Positions 28,550 through 37,041 of a stretch of DNA of 59,494 bases are shown in pieces. Both the position numbers and the translations under genes were made by a program. Numbering within the stretch: the stretch's first letter is position 1; each line of letters begins with the position of its first letter. Below the pieces are notes generated by a model. The model saw nothing but the letters and a program-made list of their open reading frames with translations, was not told the DNA's origin and did not search any database. This stretch comes from Candidatus Woesearchaeota archaeon (GTDB lineage: Archaea; Nanobdellota; Nanobdellia; Woesearchaeales; UBA9642), in contig JAFGLI010000006.1 of assembly GCA_016928115.1 (NCBI GenBank), positions 1 through 59,494 of the forward strand, read 5' to 3'.

Positions 28550-29437
28550 CTATATATAATTCTCAATAAGCTTTGACCTTCTGACCATATCATCATAGAA
28601 ATCATGGTACAGACTGACCATATCCTCGCTCTGTATAACTGCGCCTGTTGTAACCCCCAGATGTATCAATGAAAGCATGACTTTGTTTTCTATAATAAAA
28701 ATCTGCATAGGGACATATTCCTCTATAACATAGATTTTCATGCCATATTTTTTTATTTTCCTTTTAAGGTCGTTTATTATTTTTTTAAGGAAATCATTTC
28801 CTAATTGTGATTTTATTATATTCAGATTAAAATCCAGAGCGCTTTTCTCTATAATTGCACTAAAATGTTTCCCCTTTTCATATGCATCCCTGTGCGCCTT
28901 ATATATAAGAAAAGTCATTTCATGTGTTGTATGTGCAAGAGTTTGCCTGTTTTTTTCTATTGCCTCCCTTACCTTCCTGAATTCAACACTATTTGAAGGA
29001 TAAACAGGAAAAGGTATAGAGCCGTGCCTGACAACAGTCCTTATTTTTCTGCATTCAGCAAGCAGCTGTATCTGCTTAAAAGTAAAGTCATCACCGTTAT
29101 GGATTATTTCTATGTTCTCTATGGATTCCTTTTTCTGCATATAATCAAGAATCTTTTTTTCTTTTTCAACAAGGTCATCGAACTTATATTTCATAAAGTT
29201 AGTTATGTTTTCCTGGGGGTTTGTCATTGTGTATAAAGCAGGCCTCTGAGAGGTTTTTTCAATAAGGCCCCAGGATAATAATTCATTGAGAAAAGAATAA
29301 ATTCTGCCCATCGGAATATTTGTCAGTTTGGAAATATCGTGTGCAGATAAACTTTTATTATAGAGTTGTTCAAGTATAAGCAAATACCTGAACTTAAGGC
29401 TGAATTCAGTTCCAAGCTCTTTTATTATTTCATTCAT
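28550..29437 (-). CDS. TrmB-family transcriptional regulator
   Basis: SAHDISKLTNIPMGRIYSFLNELLSWGLIEK..QRPALY; start moved to ATG 29437. Confidence 0.85.
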   Translation of the reverse strand: MNEIIKELGTEFSLKFRYLLILEQLYNKSLSAHDISKLTNIPMGRIYSFLNELLSWGLIEKTSQRPALYTMTNPQENITNFMKYKFDDLVEKEKKILDYMQKKESIENIEIIHNGDDFTFKQIQLLAECRKIRTVVRHGSIPFPVYPSNSVEFRKVREAIEKNRQTLAHTTHEMTFLIYKAHRDAYEKGKHFSAIIEKSALDFNLNIIKSQLGNDFLKKIINDLKRKIKKYGMKIYVIEEYVPMQIFIIENKVMLSLIHLGVTTGAVIQSEDMVSLYHDFYDDMVRRSKLIENYI

Positions 29438-29564
29438 ATATATATTAAATAAATAATATTTATAAATTTTGTGAATTAAACACAAAAAAACATTTTTTTG
29501 TAGGAAATATATATAAATAGAAAAAATGTATATGTTTAGTTTTGTAACTATTTTTGTGTAGAAA

Positions 29565-30227
29565 ATGAAAAGAAAAAAACTTTTGGATACAATTGATCAA
29601 ATATATTTTAAAAAAAGAAAAAACAAAGAATTAATCAGAACAGATATAAGAAATTCTGACCTTAATTGTTATCTTAACTGTGAAAAAATCTTACCTCACA
29701 ATATTGCATTTGAATTAATAGACTTTATAATGGAATCAGAGCCAATTGAAAGTAAAGAAAAATTAGAAAAATTAGTTAATTCATATAATAAGATGAACAG
29801 CATAATCACAGAATGGGAAAACCAGGATAAATATTCTATGTTATTGAACAGAAAAGTATTGGAAGAAAATAAATCATCTCCAGTAAGCTTTTTTTACAGG
29901 GAAAAGGTATCATATAGTAATGAAAAAAAGGCTGACATATATTTTGCATTTGTAGAAACTGAAAGATTTGATTCAGAAAAGGATAATTTTGATATATCTA
30001 TGTTGGTTGATCCTGAAGATATTGAAAGCGAGATACTTTTATGCAAAGGACATACTTACGAGAGAAGAAATAGGGTATTGGCTATAGGAAGCAATATTAT
30101 AAAATACCTGCAGAAAAATGCAGAAGATATACTTAAGGAAAAACCAGAATCCTTCCTTGAAATAAGTTTTGCAAATGTTCTTAAAAAATTATATCCCGAT
30201 AATGATAATTTACCAAAAACATTATAA
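29565..30227 (+). CDS. Hypothetical protein
   Basis: 220-aa ORF; no motif recognised. Confidence 0.55.
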   Translation: MKRKKLLDTIDQIYFKKRKNKELIRTDIRNSDLNCYLNCEKILPHNIAFELIDFIMESEPIESKEKLEKLVNSYNKMNSIITEWENQDKYSMLLNRKVLEENKSSPVSFFYREKVSYSNEKKADIYFAFVETERFDSEKDNFDISMLVDPEDIESEILLCKGHTYERRNRVLAIGSNIIKYLQKNAEDILKEKPESFLEISFANVLKKLYPDNDNLPKTL

Positions 30228-30253
30228 ATCAATTTGTTTTCTTTAATTTTAGA

Positions 30254-31159
30254 ATGAAAATAACCTTTTTAGGGACTTCTTCAATGGTTCCGACAAAAGA
30301 CAGGAATGTTCAGGCAATTTTTCTTAGATACAAGGCTGAAGGCATTTTAATAGACTGCGGGGAAGGAACACAGAGGCAGATGAATATAGCAGGGATAAAC
30401 AGAAATAAGGTTAATAAAGTTCTGATAAGCCACTGGCACGGAGACCATGTTTCAGGGCTGATTGGATTAATTCAGACCCTGGGAAATAACATGGAGGAAA
30501 AGCCCGTATTGCAGGTATATGGACCTAAAGGAACAAAGGAAAGAATGCATCACATGTTAAAAACAGTTGTATTTGACAATAACAGGGTTGAATTAAAAAT
30601 ACATGAACTAAACCCAAAAAACATTAAAAAGTTTTTTGAGAATGATAACTATTATATTGAATGCGCTTATCTTAACCATTCTGTTCCTTGCTTAGGATAT
30701 AATTTTATTGAAAAGGACAGGCTGAGAATAGATGTAAAAAAGGCCAAAAAAATAGGCCTGAAACAAGGGCCTTTGATGGGAAAGCTGCAAAAGGGAAAAA
30801 CAGTAGAGTTTAAGGGCAAAAAAATAAAGCCTGAAGATGTAACTTATAATGTAAAAGGAAAGAAGATAACTTTTATTTTAGATACCCTACCATGCACAAA
30901 TGCAGTAAAATTAGCAAAGGATGCTGATTTAATGATATGTGAAAGTGTTTATCATTCTTCATTAAAGGAAAAATCTCATGTTTACAAACACATGACTGCA
31001 CAGGATGCTGCATTGATTGCAAACAAGGCAAATGCCAAGAAACTTATTTTAACCCATTTCAGCCAAAGGTATAAAGAAATCAATGAAGTTCTAAAAGATG
31101 CAAAAGATGTTTTCAATAATACTGAAGCTGCTTTTGATTTTAAGAATGTTAAGGTTTAA
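30254..31159 (+). CDS. rnz: Ribonuclease Z
   Basis: FLGTS..VPT.DRN, DCGEGTQRQ, SHWHGDH, GP exosite, THFSQRY. Confidence 0.96.
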   Translation: MKITFLGTSSMVPTKDRNVQAIFLRYKAEGILIDCGEGTQRQMNIAGINRNKVNKVLISHWHGDHVSGLIGLIQTLGNNMEEKPVLQVYGPKGTKERMHHMLKTVVFDNNRVELKIHELNPKNIKKFFENDNYYIECAYLNHSVPCLGYNFIEKDRLRIDVKKAKKIGLKQGPLMGKLQKGKTVEFKGKKIKPEDVTYNVKGKKITFILDTLPCTNAVKLAKDADLMICESVYHSSLKEKSHVYKHMTAQDAALIANKANAKKLILTHFSQRYKEINEVLKDAKDVFNNTEAAFDFKNVKV

Positions 31160-31184
31160 TAATGTTCTTCTCTTCATCTTTTCA

Positions 31185-31198
31185 GTAACCTTTATAAA
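31185..31198 (+). promoter_or_regulatory. BRE-TATA promoter of the leader-leuA transcript
   Basis: GTAACC-TTTATAAA ending about 26 nt before ATG 31225. Confidence 0.7.
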
Positions 31199-31224
31199 CA
31201 AAAACACCTTTCTCTCTAAATAAT

Positions 31225-31293
31225 ATGGCTAACAAAAGAAGTTCATCAAATTCTGAATTTATTTTGTTAGTTCTGAGTCTGTTACTGTTATAA
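31225..31293 (+). CDS. Putative leu leader peptide MANKRSSSNSEFILLVLSLLLL (22 aa)
   Basis: 7 Leu codons in the last 9, four consecutive before TAA; lies between a TATA box and leuA. Confidence 0.75.
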   Translation: MANKRSSSNSEFILLVLSLLLL

Positions 31294-31392
31294 GGCCCTT
31301 GATCAGAATATTCTTTCAAAGGGTCTGGAAATGAACATTGTCTAAATAAGATTCTAAAGAATATTCTGCCAAGAAATGAAATAAAATGGAGG
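31270..31392 (+). promoter_or_regulatory. Attenuator-like alternative RNA stems upstream of leuA
   Basis: GUUCUGA(31270-76)/UCAGAAU(31303-09); GGCCCUU/AAGGGUC (31294-31325); perfect 13-bp CAGAAUAUUCUUU(31304-16)/AAAGAAUAUUCUG(31356-68); SD GGAGG at 31388-92. Confidence 0.6.
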
Positions 31393-31401
31393 AAAGATAA
31401 A

Positions 31402-33033
31402 ATGTTTTTAAAAAAACCTAAGAGCAACAGAGTTAAGATATTTGACACAACTTTAAGGGATGGAGAACAATCGCCCGGAGCAAGCATGACGCTTGAGGAA
31501 AAACTGGCAATAACGGATTATTTGGTAAAAATAAATGTTGATGTAATTGAAGCTGGGTTTCCTATATCATCTGAAGACGACAAAAAGGCTGTGGCTGAAA
31601 TTGCCAGGATTGTCCCTAAACATATTGAAGTTGCTGCATTAGCCAGAGTAAAGAAGGATGAAAAAGGCAGATTTCCGGATATTGATGCGGCTTATGATGC
31701 ATTGAAAGAATGCAAAAACCCAAGGCTTCATGTTTTTATAGGGACTTCTCCGCAGCATATTGAAGCTAAGTTTCCTGACCTTGGCTTAAAAGGAGTTGTT
31801 GAACTTGCAAAAGAAGGAATAAGATATGCAAAGAAATTATTTGGAAAAGATATTAAAATAGAATTTTCACCGGAAGATTTAGCAAGAACGCCTGATAAAG
31901 ACAGGAATTATGTTATAAAACAGATAGCAAAAGAGGGCGTTGATGTAATAAACTGCCCGGACACAACAGGATATGATGTCCCCCACAAATATGCAAAGAA
32001 AATAAGGTCTTCATACAGAATGGCAAATGGTTTTTTCAGAAGGTTTTTTGGCGGAAAAGAAACAGCAATAAGTGTGCACTGCCATAATGACTTAGGCATG
32101 GCAACTGCAAACTCCCTGGAAGCTGTTGCTTTGGGCAATGCAAGACAGATTGAATGCTCTATTTTAGGATTGGGTGAAAGGGGTGGAATGGCTGCTCTTG
32201 AACAGGTAGTCATGGCTATGAGAGTAAGAAAAGATATATTTGGTGAAGACGCTGTCCCTGATATAAAAACAAGATATTTCTTTGACGCCAGCAGAGAATT
32301 ATTGAATATAATAGATAATGATATGATAAGAGCCCCTGTTGTCGGAGATACATCATTTGCCCATGAAGCAGGAATACATCAACACGGGGAAATTAAAGGA
32401 AAAGAGAACAATATCCAAAGTGTCTATGAAATCATGAACCCAAGAGATGTAGGCTGGAAAGGAAACAAGTTTGTTCTTGGAAAGCACTCAGGATGGCATG
32501 CTGTTGAATTTAAACTAAATTCATTAGGTTATTCTCCGGATTCTATAAATGAGAATGAAGCTAAAGAAATCAGCAGGGAAGTGAAAAAACTTGCTGACCA
32601 GAAGAAGTATGTTTATGATAGTAACATTGATGATATTATGATTGCTAAAGGCAAAGCCCCTCATATAAACAAATATGAAGTGGTGCAGTGGATATCAAAA
32701 GACAGAAAGGATGGAACTCCTGTTGTAAGAATCAAGATTGAAGGCGATAGAAAATGGTATAAAGGAAAAGGAGACGGCCTTGTGGATGCTGCAATTAATG
32801 CAATTAATGAAGCAACAGGCATAAAAAACAAAGAGCTTGTTTATTACAGGTCAAGAAACATGGGAACAGGCTCAGATGCTGTGGGCAAAGTTATGATAGG
32901 AGTGAAAGACTCAAACGGAAATGATTCATATCATAATGGTGTTGCAACAGGAACAGACCTTTTTGAAGTCTCAATCAGGGCTTATACCAATGCATTAAAC
33001 AGGATGAGAATGTATCATGCACTAAAGAAATAA
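31402..33033 (+). CDS. leuA: 2-isopropylmalate synthase (LeuA family) with C-terminal regulatory domain
   Basis: FDTTLRDGEQSPG, EAGFP, EFSPED, PDTTG, SVHCHNDLGMATANSL, GLGERGG, FAHEAGIHQHG, LGKHSG, GDGLVDA. Confidence 0.9.
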   Translation: MFLKKPKSNRVKIFDTTLRDGEQSPGASMTLEEKLAITDYLVKINVDVIEAGFPISSEDDKKAVAEIARIVPKHIEVAALARVKKDEKGRFPDIDAAYDALKECKNPRLHVFIGTSPQHIEAKFPDLGLKGVVELAKEGIRYAKKLFGKDIKIEFSPEDLARTPDKDRNYVIKQIAKEGVDVINCPDTTGYDVPHKYAKKIRSSYRMANGFFRRFFGGKETAISVHCHNDLGMATANSLEAVALGNARQIECSILGLGERGGMAALEQVVMAMRVRKDIFGEDAVPDIKTRYFFDASRELLNIIDNDMIRAPVVGDTSFAHEAGIHQHGEIKGKENNIQSVYEIMNPRDVGWKGNKFVLGKHSGWHAVEFKLNSLGYSPDSINENEAKEISREVKKLADQKKYVYDSNIDDIMIAKGKAPHINKYEVVQWISKDRKDGTPVVRIKIEGDRKWYKGKGDGLVDAAINAINEATGIKNKELVYYRSRNMGTGSDAVGKVMIGVKDSNGNDSYHNGVATGTDLFEVSIRAYTNALNRMRMYHALKK

Positions 33034-33121
33034 TTTTTAGTTTATTTTATTTTTTGTCTTAATTTTAAAGTAGATAAAAATAAAAAAATTTATAAGTATG
33101 TTCTCGATTCTGTTTTATAAT

Positions 33122-33799
33122 ATGAGACCTAGTAAGATAATAAAAACAACTTTAGGTGCTATTGTTTTAGGATTGACTTTTGCCGGATGCAACAGCAAGG
33201 CCATAAAGCAAAATGAAGAAAAAGGATTTATAAAACTTGAAGAAGGATTAATAAAACACAATGAGAATGAGAAAAAATCAGAAATTCATTCTTATGAAGA
33301 AGAAATAAAATATATTCTTAATCTGAAGAAAATTGAAATCTGGAAAGAAAATTGTGAAGACTATATGGGACTTCACAGATTGATTAAAGAAAGAAGAAAT
33401 CCTCTGGAAATAATATCCAAAATAAGATATATTAATGGTAAATATTGTATAGATATTGTTAATAAGCATAAAAAAGTATGTTCTGAAACATTTGATAAAG
33501 GGAGAACTGAAATGCATAATCAGATAATTGAGGGAATTGGCCTTAATTCCATTGTAAATTCTGTTTTTAGTGAAGGCCTTGCCGGAATGATTTTAAAAGG
33601 AGAATATGGAAAAGCCGAAAATATGATAGAAACTGGGTTGTCAAGAAGTAGGGATATGAATCGTGAATTTGTGAATTCTATATTAATGAACTATCCTGAA
33701 ACAATGCCTGATTCCATTCCAGAAAAAATAAAAGAAACATTTAAAGAAGAATCAGATAAAATCGGAAAATTTCTGGCAGTAGAAGGATATACTTTCTGA
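33122..33799 (+). CDS. Putative lipoprotein (paralogue of the next gene)
   Basis: MRPSKIIKTTLGAIVLGLTFAG|C lipobox-like signal. Confidence 0.7.
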   Translation: MRPSKIIKTTLGAIVLGLTFAGCNSKAIKQNEEKGFIKLEEGLIKHNENEKKSEIHSYEEEIKYILNLKKIEIWKENCEDYMGLHRLIKERRNPLEIISKIRYINGKYCIDIVNKHKKVCSETFDKGRTEMHNQIIEGIGLNSIVNSVFSEGLAGMILKGEYGKAENMIETGLSRSRDMNREFVNSILMNYPETMPDSIPEKIKETFKEESDKIGKFLAVEGYTF

Positions 33800-33813
33800 T
33801 AAAAAAGAAGAAG

Positions 33814-34464
33814 ATGGGACTTACTAATATAATAAAAACAAGTTTAACCACAATTATTCTAGGATTGGCTTTTAGTGGATGTAAATGTGATGCACCAAAA
33901 TGGACTGAAAAATTAGCAAAATCTCACCATAGTACTGAGAAAAAATTAATCTTTTCTTCTGAAAAAGAGATGATAAATGAAATAAATAGGGTAGCAGTTG
34001 AAATCTGGACAGAAACTTGCGAGGACTATGTTGAGCTTCATGATTTGATTAAGTATGAAAGACCTGCTTATGAAATAGAATGGAAACTGGATCAGATTAA
34101 ATGGGAATACTCTTTAAAAGCATCTGAAGAATACAAAGAAGTATGTTCTGAAGCCCGCAAAAATGGCAAACCTGAAATAGCTGATTCAATATCTAAAGTA
34201 ATAGAACGTAATTCCAATATAAATTCTAATTTTTGTTGTTTTCTTAATACCCTTATCCAGTTAGGAGCATACACCATAGCAGAAGATTTTTTAGAGGATA
34301 AGCTGATGGAAACCAAGTATGTAATGCGCGAATTTGTTGACTCAACATTAGTAAAATACAAAGAACAATTACCAGACTCCCTTTCAGAAGAGATAAAAAG
34401 AACATATGAGAAAGGTTCAGAAAAAATTAACTTAATTTTGATAAGAGAGGGACATTTAATATAA
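33814..34464 (+). CDS. Putative lipoprotein, tandem paralogue
   Basis: MGLTNIIKTSLTTIILGLAFSG|C; shares EIW.E.CEDY..LH.LIK and REFV.S.L..Y...PDS with the upstream gene. Confidence 0.72.
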   Translation: MGLTNIIKTSLTTIILGLAFSGCKCDAPKWTEKLAKSHHSTEKKLIFSSEKEMINEINRVAVEIWTETCEDYVELHDLIKYERPAYEIEWKLDQIKWEYSLKASEEYKEVCSEARKNGKPEIADSISKVIERNSNINSNFCCFLNTLIQLGAYTIAEDFLEDKLMETKYVMREFVDSTLVKYKEQLPDSLSEEIKRTYEKGSEKINLILIREGHLI

Positions 34465-34499
34465 AAAAATAGATTTTTCTTTTAAGAATATTTTTTCCT

Positions 34500-34904
34500 T
34501 CAAACCCCAATCAACTCTTCAAAACTCAATCCCAATAATTTAGCCTTTTCATATTCAAAGACAAAACTCTTGTCTGTTTCCTTTAGGTCTTCTAATGTTA
34601 AGAAAATCCAGTCTTTATTCTTATTGTCCTTGTTGGTGAACTTTACAGCCACCCACGGCTCAACTCCGAAGATATTTGCGAACTGCCTGAGTTCATTTAC
34701 CTCTTTTCTCGTTAAATACTTATTATTGGACTTTGTAGTCTTGCATTCAATCGCTATTTTTTTAATATTATTTCCTGCCAGAATATCCGGAGAGGGATAT
34801 TTCATACTTCCGGAACCTGCTATCCTTACAGCCATCCACCCGTTATTATTAAACTTATGGACTAATTCTCTTTCTGCATCAATACCTTTTGACTTTCTCG
34901 ACAT
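34500..34904 (-). CDS. hjc: Holliday junction resolvase Hjc
   Basis: KG..AERELV, R.AGSG, PDILAG, IECKT. Confidence 0.93.
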   Translation of the reverse strand: MSRKSKGIDAERELVHKFNNNGWMAVRIAGSGSMKYPSPDILAGNNIKKIAIECKTTKSNNKYLTRKEVNELRQFANIFGVEPWVAVKFTNKDNKNKDWIFLTLEDLKETDKSFVFEYEKAKLLGLSFEELIGV

Positions 34905-35581
34905 TTTCTAAAACTTTTGTTTTTGGAAATGCTCAGGAACCTTTGTTCCCGACATTTTTTTATTGCCTTATCCAGAAACTCCATCCTGGGGTTGAAAATA
35001 AATGCATTATGCCTGTCAAAATACCCGCACCTGAATTTATTTAATTCCATCTGAGTTCTTTTGGCAAGCATCAAAGCATAGAAATAAACCTGTGTTGAGG
35101 CATATTTCTCCCTGTGGGCATTAGGCTTGTAGTCCCATATCTCTATCTTATCATCATTCACTCTTAATAAATCAATATGGCCTGACAAAACCTCGTCCGT
35201 ATTAAATATATTCTCAAAATTATTCATCTCCACAGGCTTTATCCATATAGGAACCTCAACACCTATTGTATTTTTATCATGCTGAAGCATAAAAACCTGG
35301 ACATTGCTGTGGGCTGTCTGGTAATTATTCCATTTCAGGCCTTTCTCTGCCCATTTACATATATCATGAGTCCTCAATGATTTTGCCCTTATCCCTAAAT
35401 CCAGTTTTAACTTGCTTGACCTCGGCCCTTTATTGAAATGCTCATCCGGGCAGTCATCAAATATATTTTCAAGATAATCCTTTAGTTCAGAAAAACCATT
35501 CTCGCATAATTTATTTGTTTTCGCAGAATGTATCCTGTAATGGTAAAACCACCCGTGGGCAAAAGATTTGTGTTTTATCAT
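34862..35581 (-). CDS. PD-(D/E)XK family nuclease
   Basis: GVEVPIW, SGHIDLL, IWDYKP, QVYFYA. Confidence 0.8.
   Translation of the reverse strand: MIKHKSFAHGWFYHYRIHSAKTNKLCENGFSELKDYLENIFDDCPDEHFNKGPRSSKLKLDLGIRAKSLRTHDICKWAEKGLKWNNYQTAHSNVQVFMLQHDKNTIGVEVPIWIKPVEMNNFENIFNTDEVLSGHIDLLRVNDDKIEIWDYKPNAHREKYASTQVYFYALMLAKRTQMELNKFRCGYFDRHNAFIFNPRMEFLDKAIKKCREQRFLSISKNKSFRKCRESQKVLMQKEN
34899..34958. repeat. 51-bp two-hairpin insertion with duplicated AAAATGTCG at the hjc start
   Basis: Minus strand: AAAATGTCG-GGAAC-AAAG-GTTCC-TGAGCATTTCC-AAAAAC-AAAA-GTTTTAG-AAAATGTCG. Confidence 0.7.
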
Positions 35582-35648
35582 ATTTTTATTTTTGTTTTCT
35601 TGTTATATAAATTTTTCGTTGAAGAATTCAATCTTAAAATATATTTGA

Positions 35649-35951
35649 TTAACTAAGATTATTCCTGCTCTCATTAATATTCTCTATACAGCTTTTTTTA
35701 AACTCCTGATCAAAAGAACATTGAAAATTTCTGACTTTACAATCTCTGTTACATGCATATTCAGGAAGCCATTCACATGTAGTTGTTACATCACCAAAAA
35801 TATTCTTAGCTGAACAAATTTGACCTGAACATCCGCTAGTGTGACACTGAAAATCAAAAAATGCAATATTAAAAATAGGTAAAACAATTATTATAATAAC
35901 CAATATTAAAATTACAATACCAACAATTAAAATAATATTTTTTTTGTTCAT
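35649..35951 (-). CDS. Membrane-anchored eight-cysteine-cluster domain protein
   Basis: N-terminal TM helix; CHTSGCSGQICS...TTCEWLPEYAC...C...C. Confidence 0.8.
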   Translation of the reverse strand: MNKKNIILIVGIVILILVIIIIVLPIFNIAFFDFQCHTSGCSGQICSAKNIFGDVTTTCEWLPEYACNRDCKVRNFQCSFDQEFKKSCIENINESRNNLS

Positions 35952-36018
35952 ATTATTTTTACTTTTGAAAATATATAAATCTTTGTATTCTCTAATCAAA
36001 AAATCAAAACTCTTTACG

Positions 36019-37009
36019 GGTGACTACAAAAATAGAAAAATATTTAAATGTGGTCACCTTATATATATTATGTTCATAGAAAAAAGAAAAACCAGAACAG
36101 GTATTAAATATTATTTGGCTCATTCTTATAGAGATAAAGATAAGATAAAGAAAATAAGAAAATACTTAGGTAGAAATCTCTCTAAAAAAGAATTAATTAA
36201 AAAAAGAAAAGAAGCAGAAAAAGAGATTAAGAAAAAAATAAAAGAGATTAGAACTGAAGTATTTAATTTTTCCCTTAAGCCAGAAGAAATAAAAAAACTC
36301 AATAAACTCTCTGAAGTCGAAATATATCACTTAGATAAAAAAGACTGGAAGAGATTTACAGAAGATTTTGTTTATAACACAAATGCTATTGAAGGCTCCA
36401 CGGTCAATCTAAATGAAGTAAAAACCATACTCCAAAAGAAACCAAAAATAAAAAACAGTGAAGAAAAAGAAACTCTGAATGTTGCTGAAGCAATAAAATT
36501 TATTAAAAATACAAATAAAACTTTGTCTTTATATCTTATAAAAGAAATTCATAAAATTTGTTTTAAAGGCTCTAAACCATTTGCAGGAGAATTTAGAGAT
36601 AAAGAAGTAGTAATTAGAAATTCAAAAGGAGAAATAATCCATCACAGTGTTTCTTCAGATAACATAGAAGGGTATATGAAAGAAATTATTGAATGGTATA
36701 AAGAGAATAAAAATAATTTTAACCCAATAGTCTTAGCTTCAATTATCCATAATCAATTTGAGCATATTCATCCTTTTGAAGATGGAAATGGCCGAGTTGG
36801 AAGACTTTTATTGAATTTTGTTCTATTGAGGAATAATTATCCCCCAATTAATATTTATCTAGAAGATAGAAAAGAATATTATGATTGTTTAAAGCAATAT
36901 TCTGATAAACAAAAAATTAAACCAACTGTTAAATTTTTAATAAAACAATACAAAAAAACATTAGATAAGGTGACCACATAAAAATAAATAGTTAATAATT
37001 GTAGTCACT
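36019..37009. repeat. Bipartite inverted repeats bracketing the fic gene
   Basis: Outer GTGACTACAA(36020-29)/TTGTAGTCAC(36999-37008); inner 15-bp ATGTGGTCACCTTAT(36048-62)/ATAAGGTGACCACAT(36965-79). Confidence 0.85.
36070..36981 (+). CDS. Fic-domain protein with basic N-terminal domain
   Basis: HPFEDGNGRVGR; inhibitory TNAIEG motif (class II-like); start moved to ATG 36070. Confidence 0.93.
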   Translation: MFIEKRKTRTGIKYYLAHSYRDKDKIKKIRKYLGRNLSKKELIKKRKEAEKEIKKKIKEIRTEVFNFSLKPEEIKKLNKLSEVEIYHLDKKDWKRFTEDFVYNTNAIEGSTVNLNEVKTILQKKPKIKNSEEKETLNVAEAIKFIKNTNKTLSLYLIKEIHKICFKGSKPFAGEFRDKEVVIRNSKGEIIHHSVSSDNIEGYMKEIIEWYKENKNNFNPIVLASIIHNQFEHIHPFEDGNGRVGRLLLNFVLLRNNYPPINIYLEDRKEYYDCLKQYSDKQKIKPTVKFLIKQYKKTLDKVTT

Positions 37010-37041
37010 TTTTTAAAAATACATATTATTTTATATTTTAA

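Noticed and set aside
31182-31487. 101-aa minus-strand ORF
   Set aside because: Antisense to the leuA start and leader; no motifs; the plus-strand promoter explains the region
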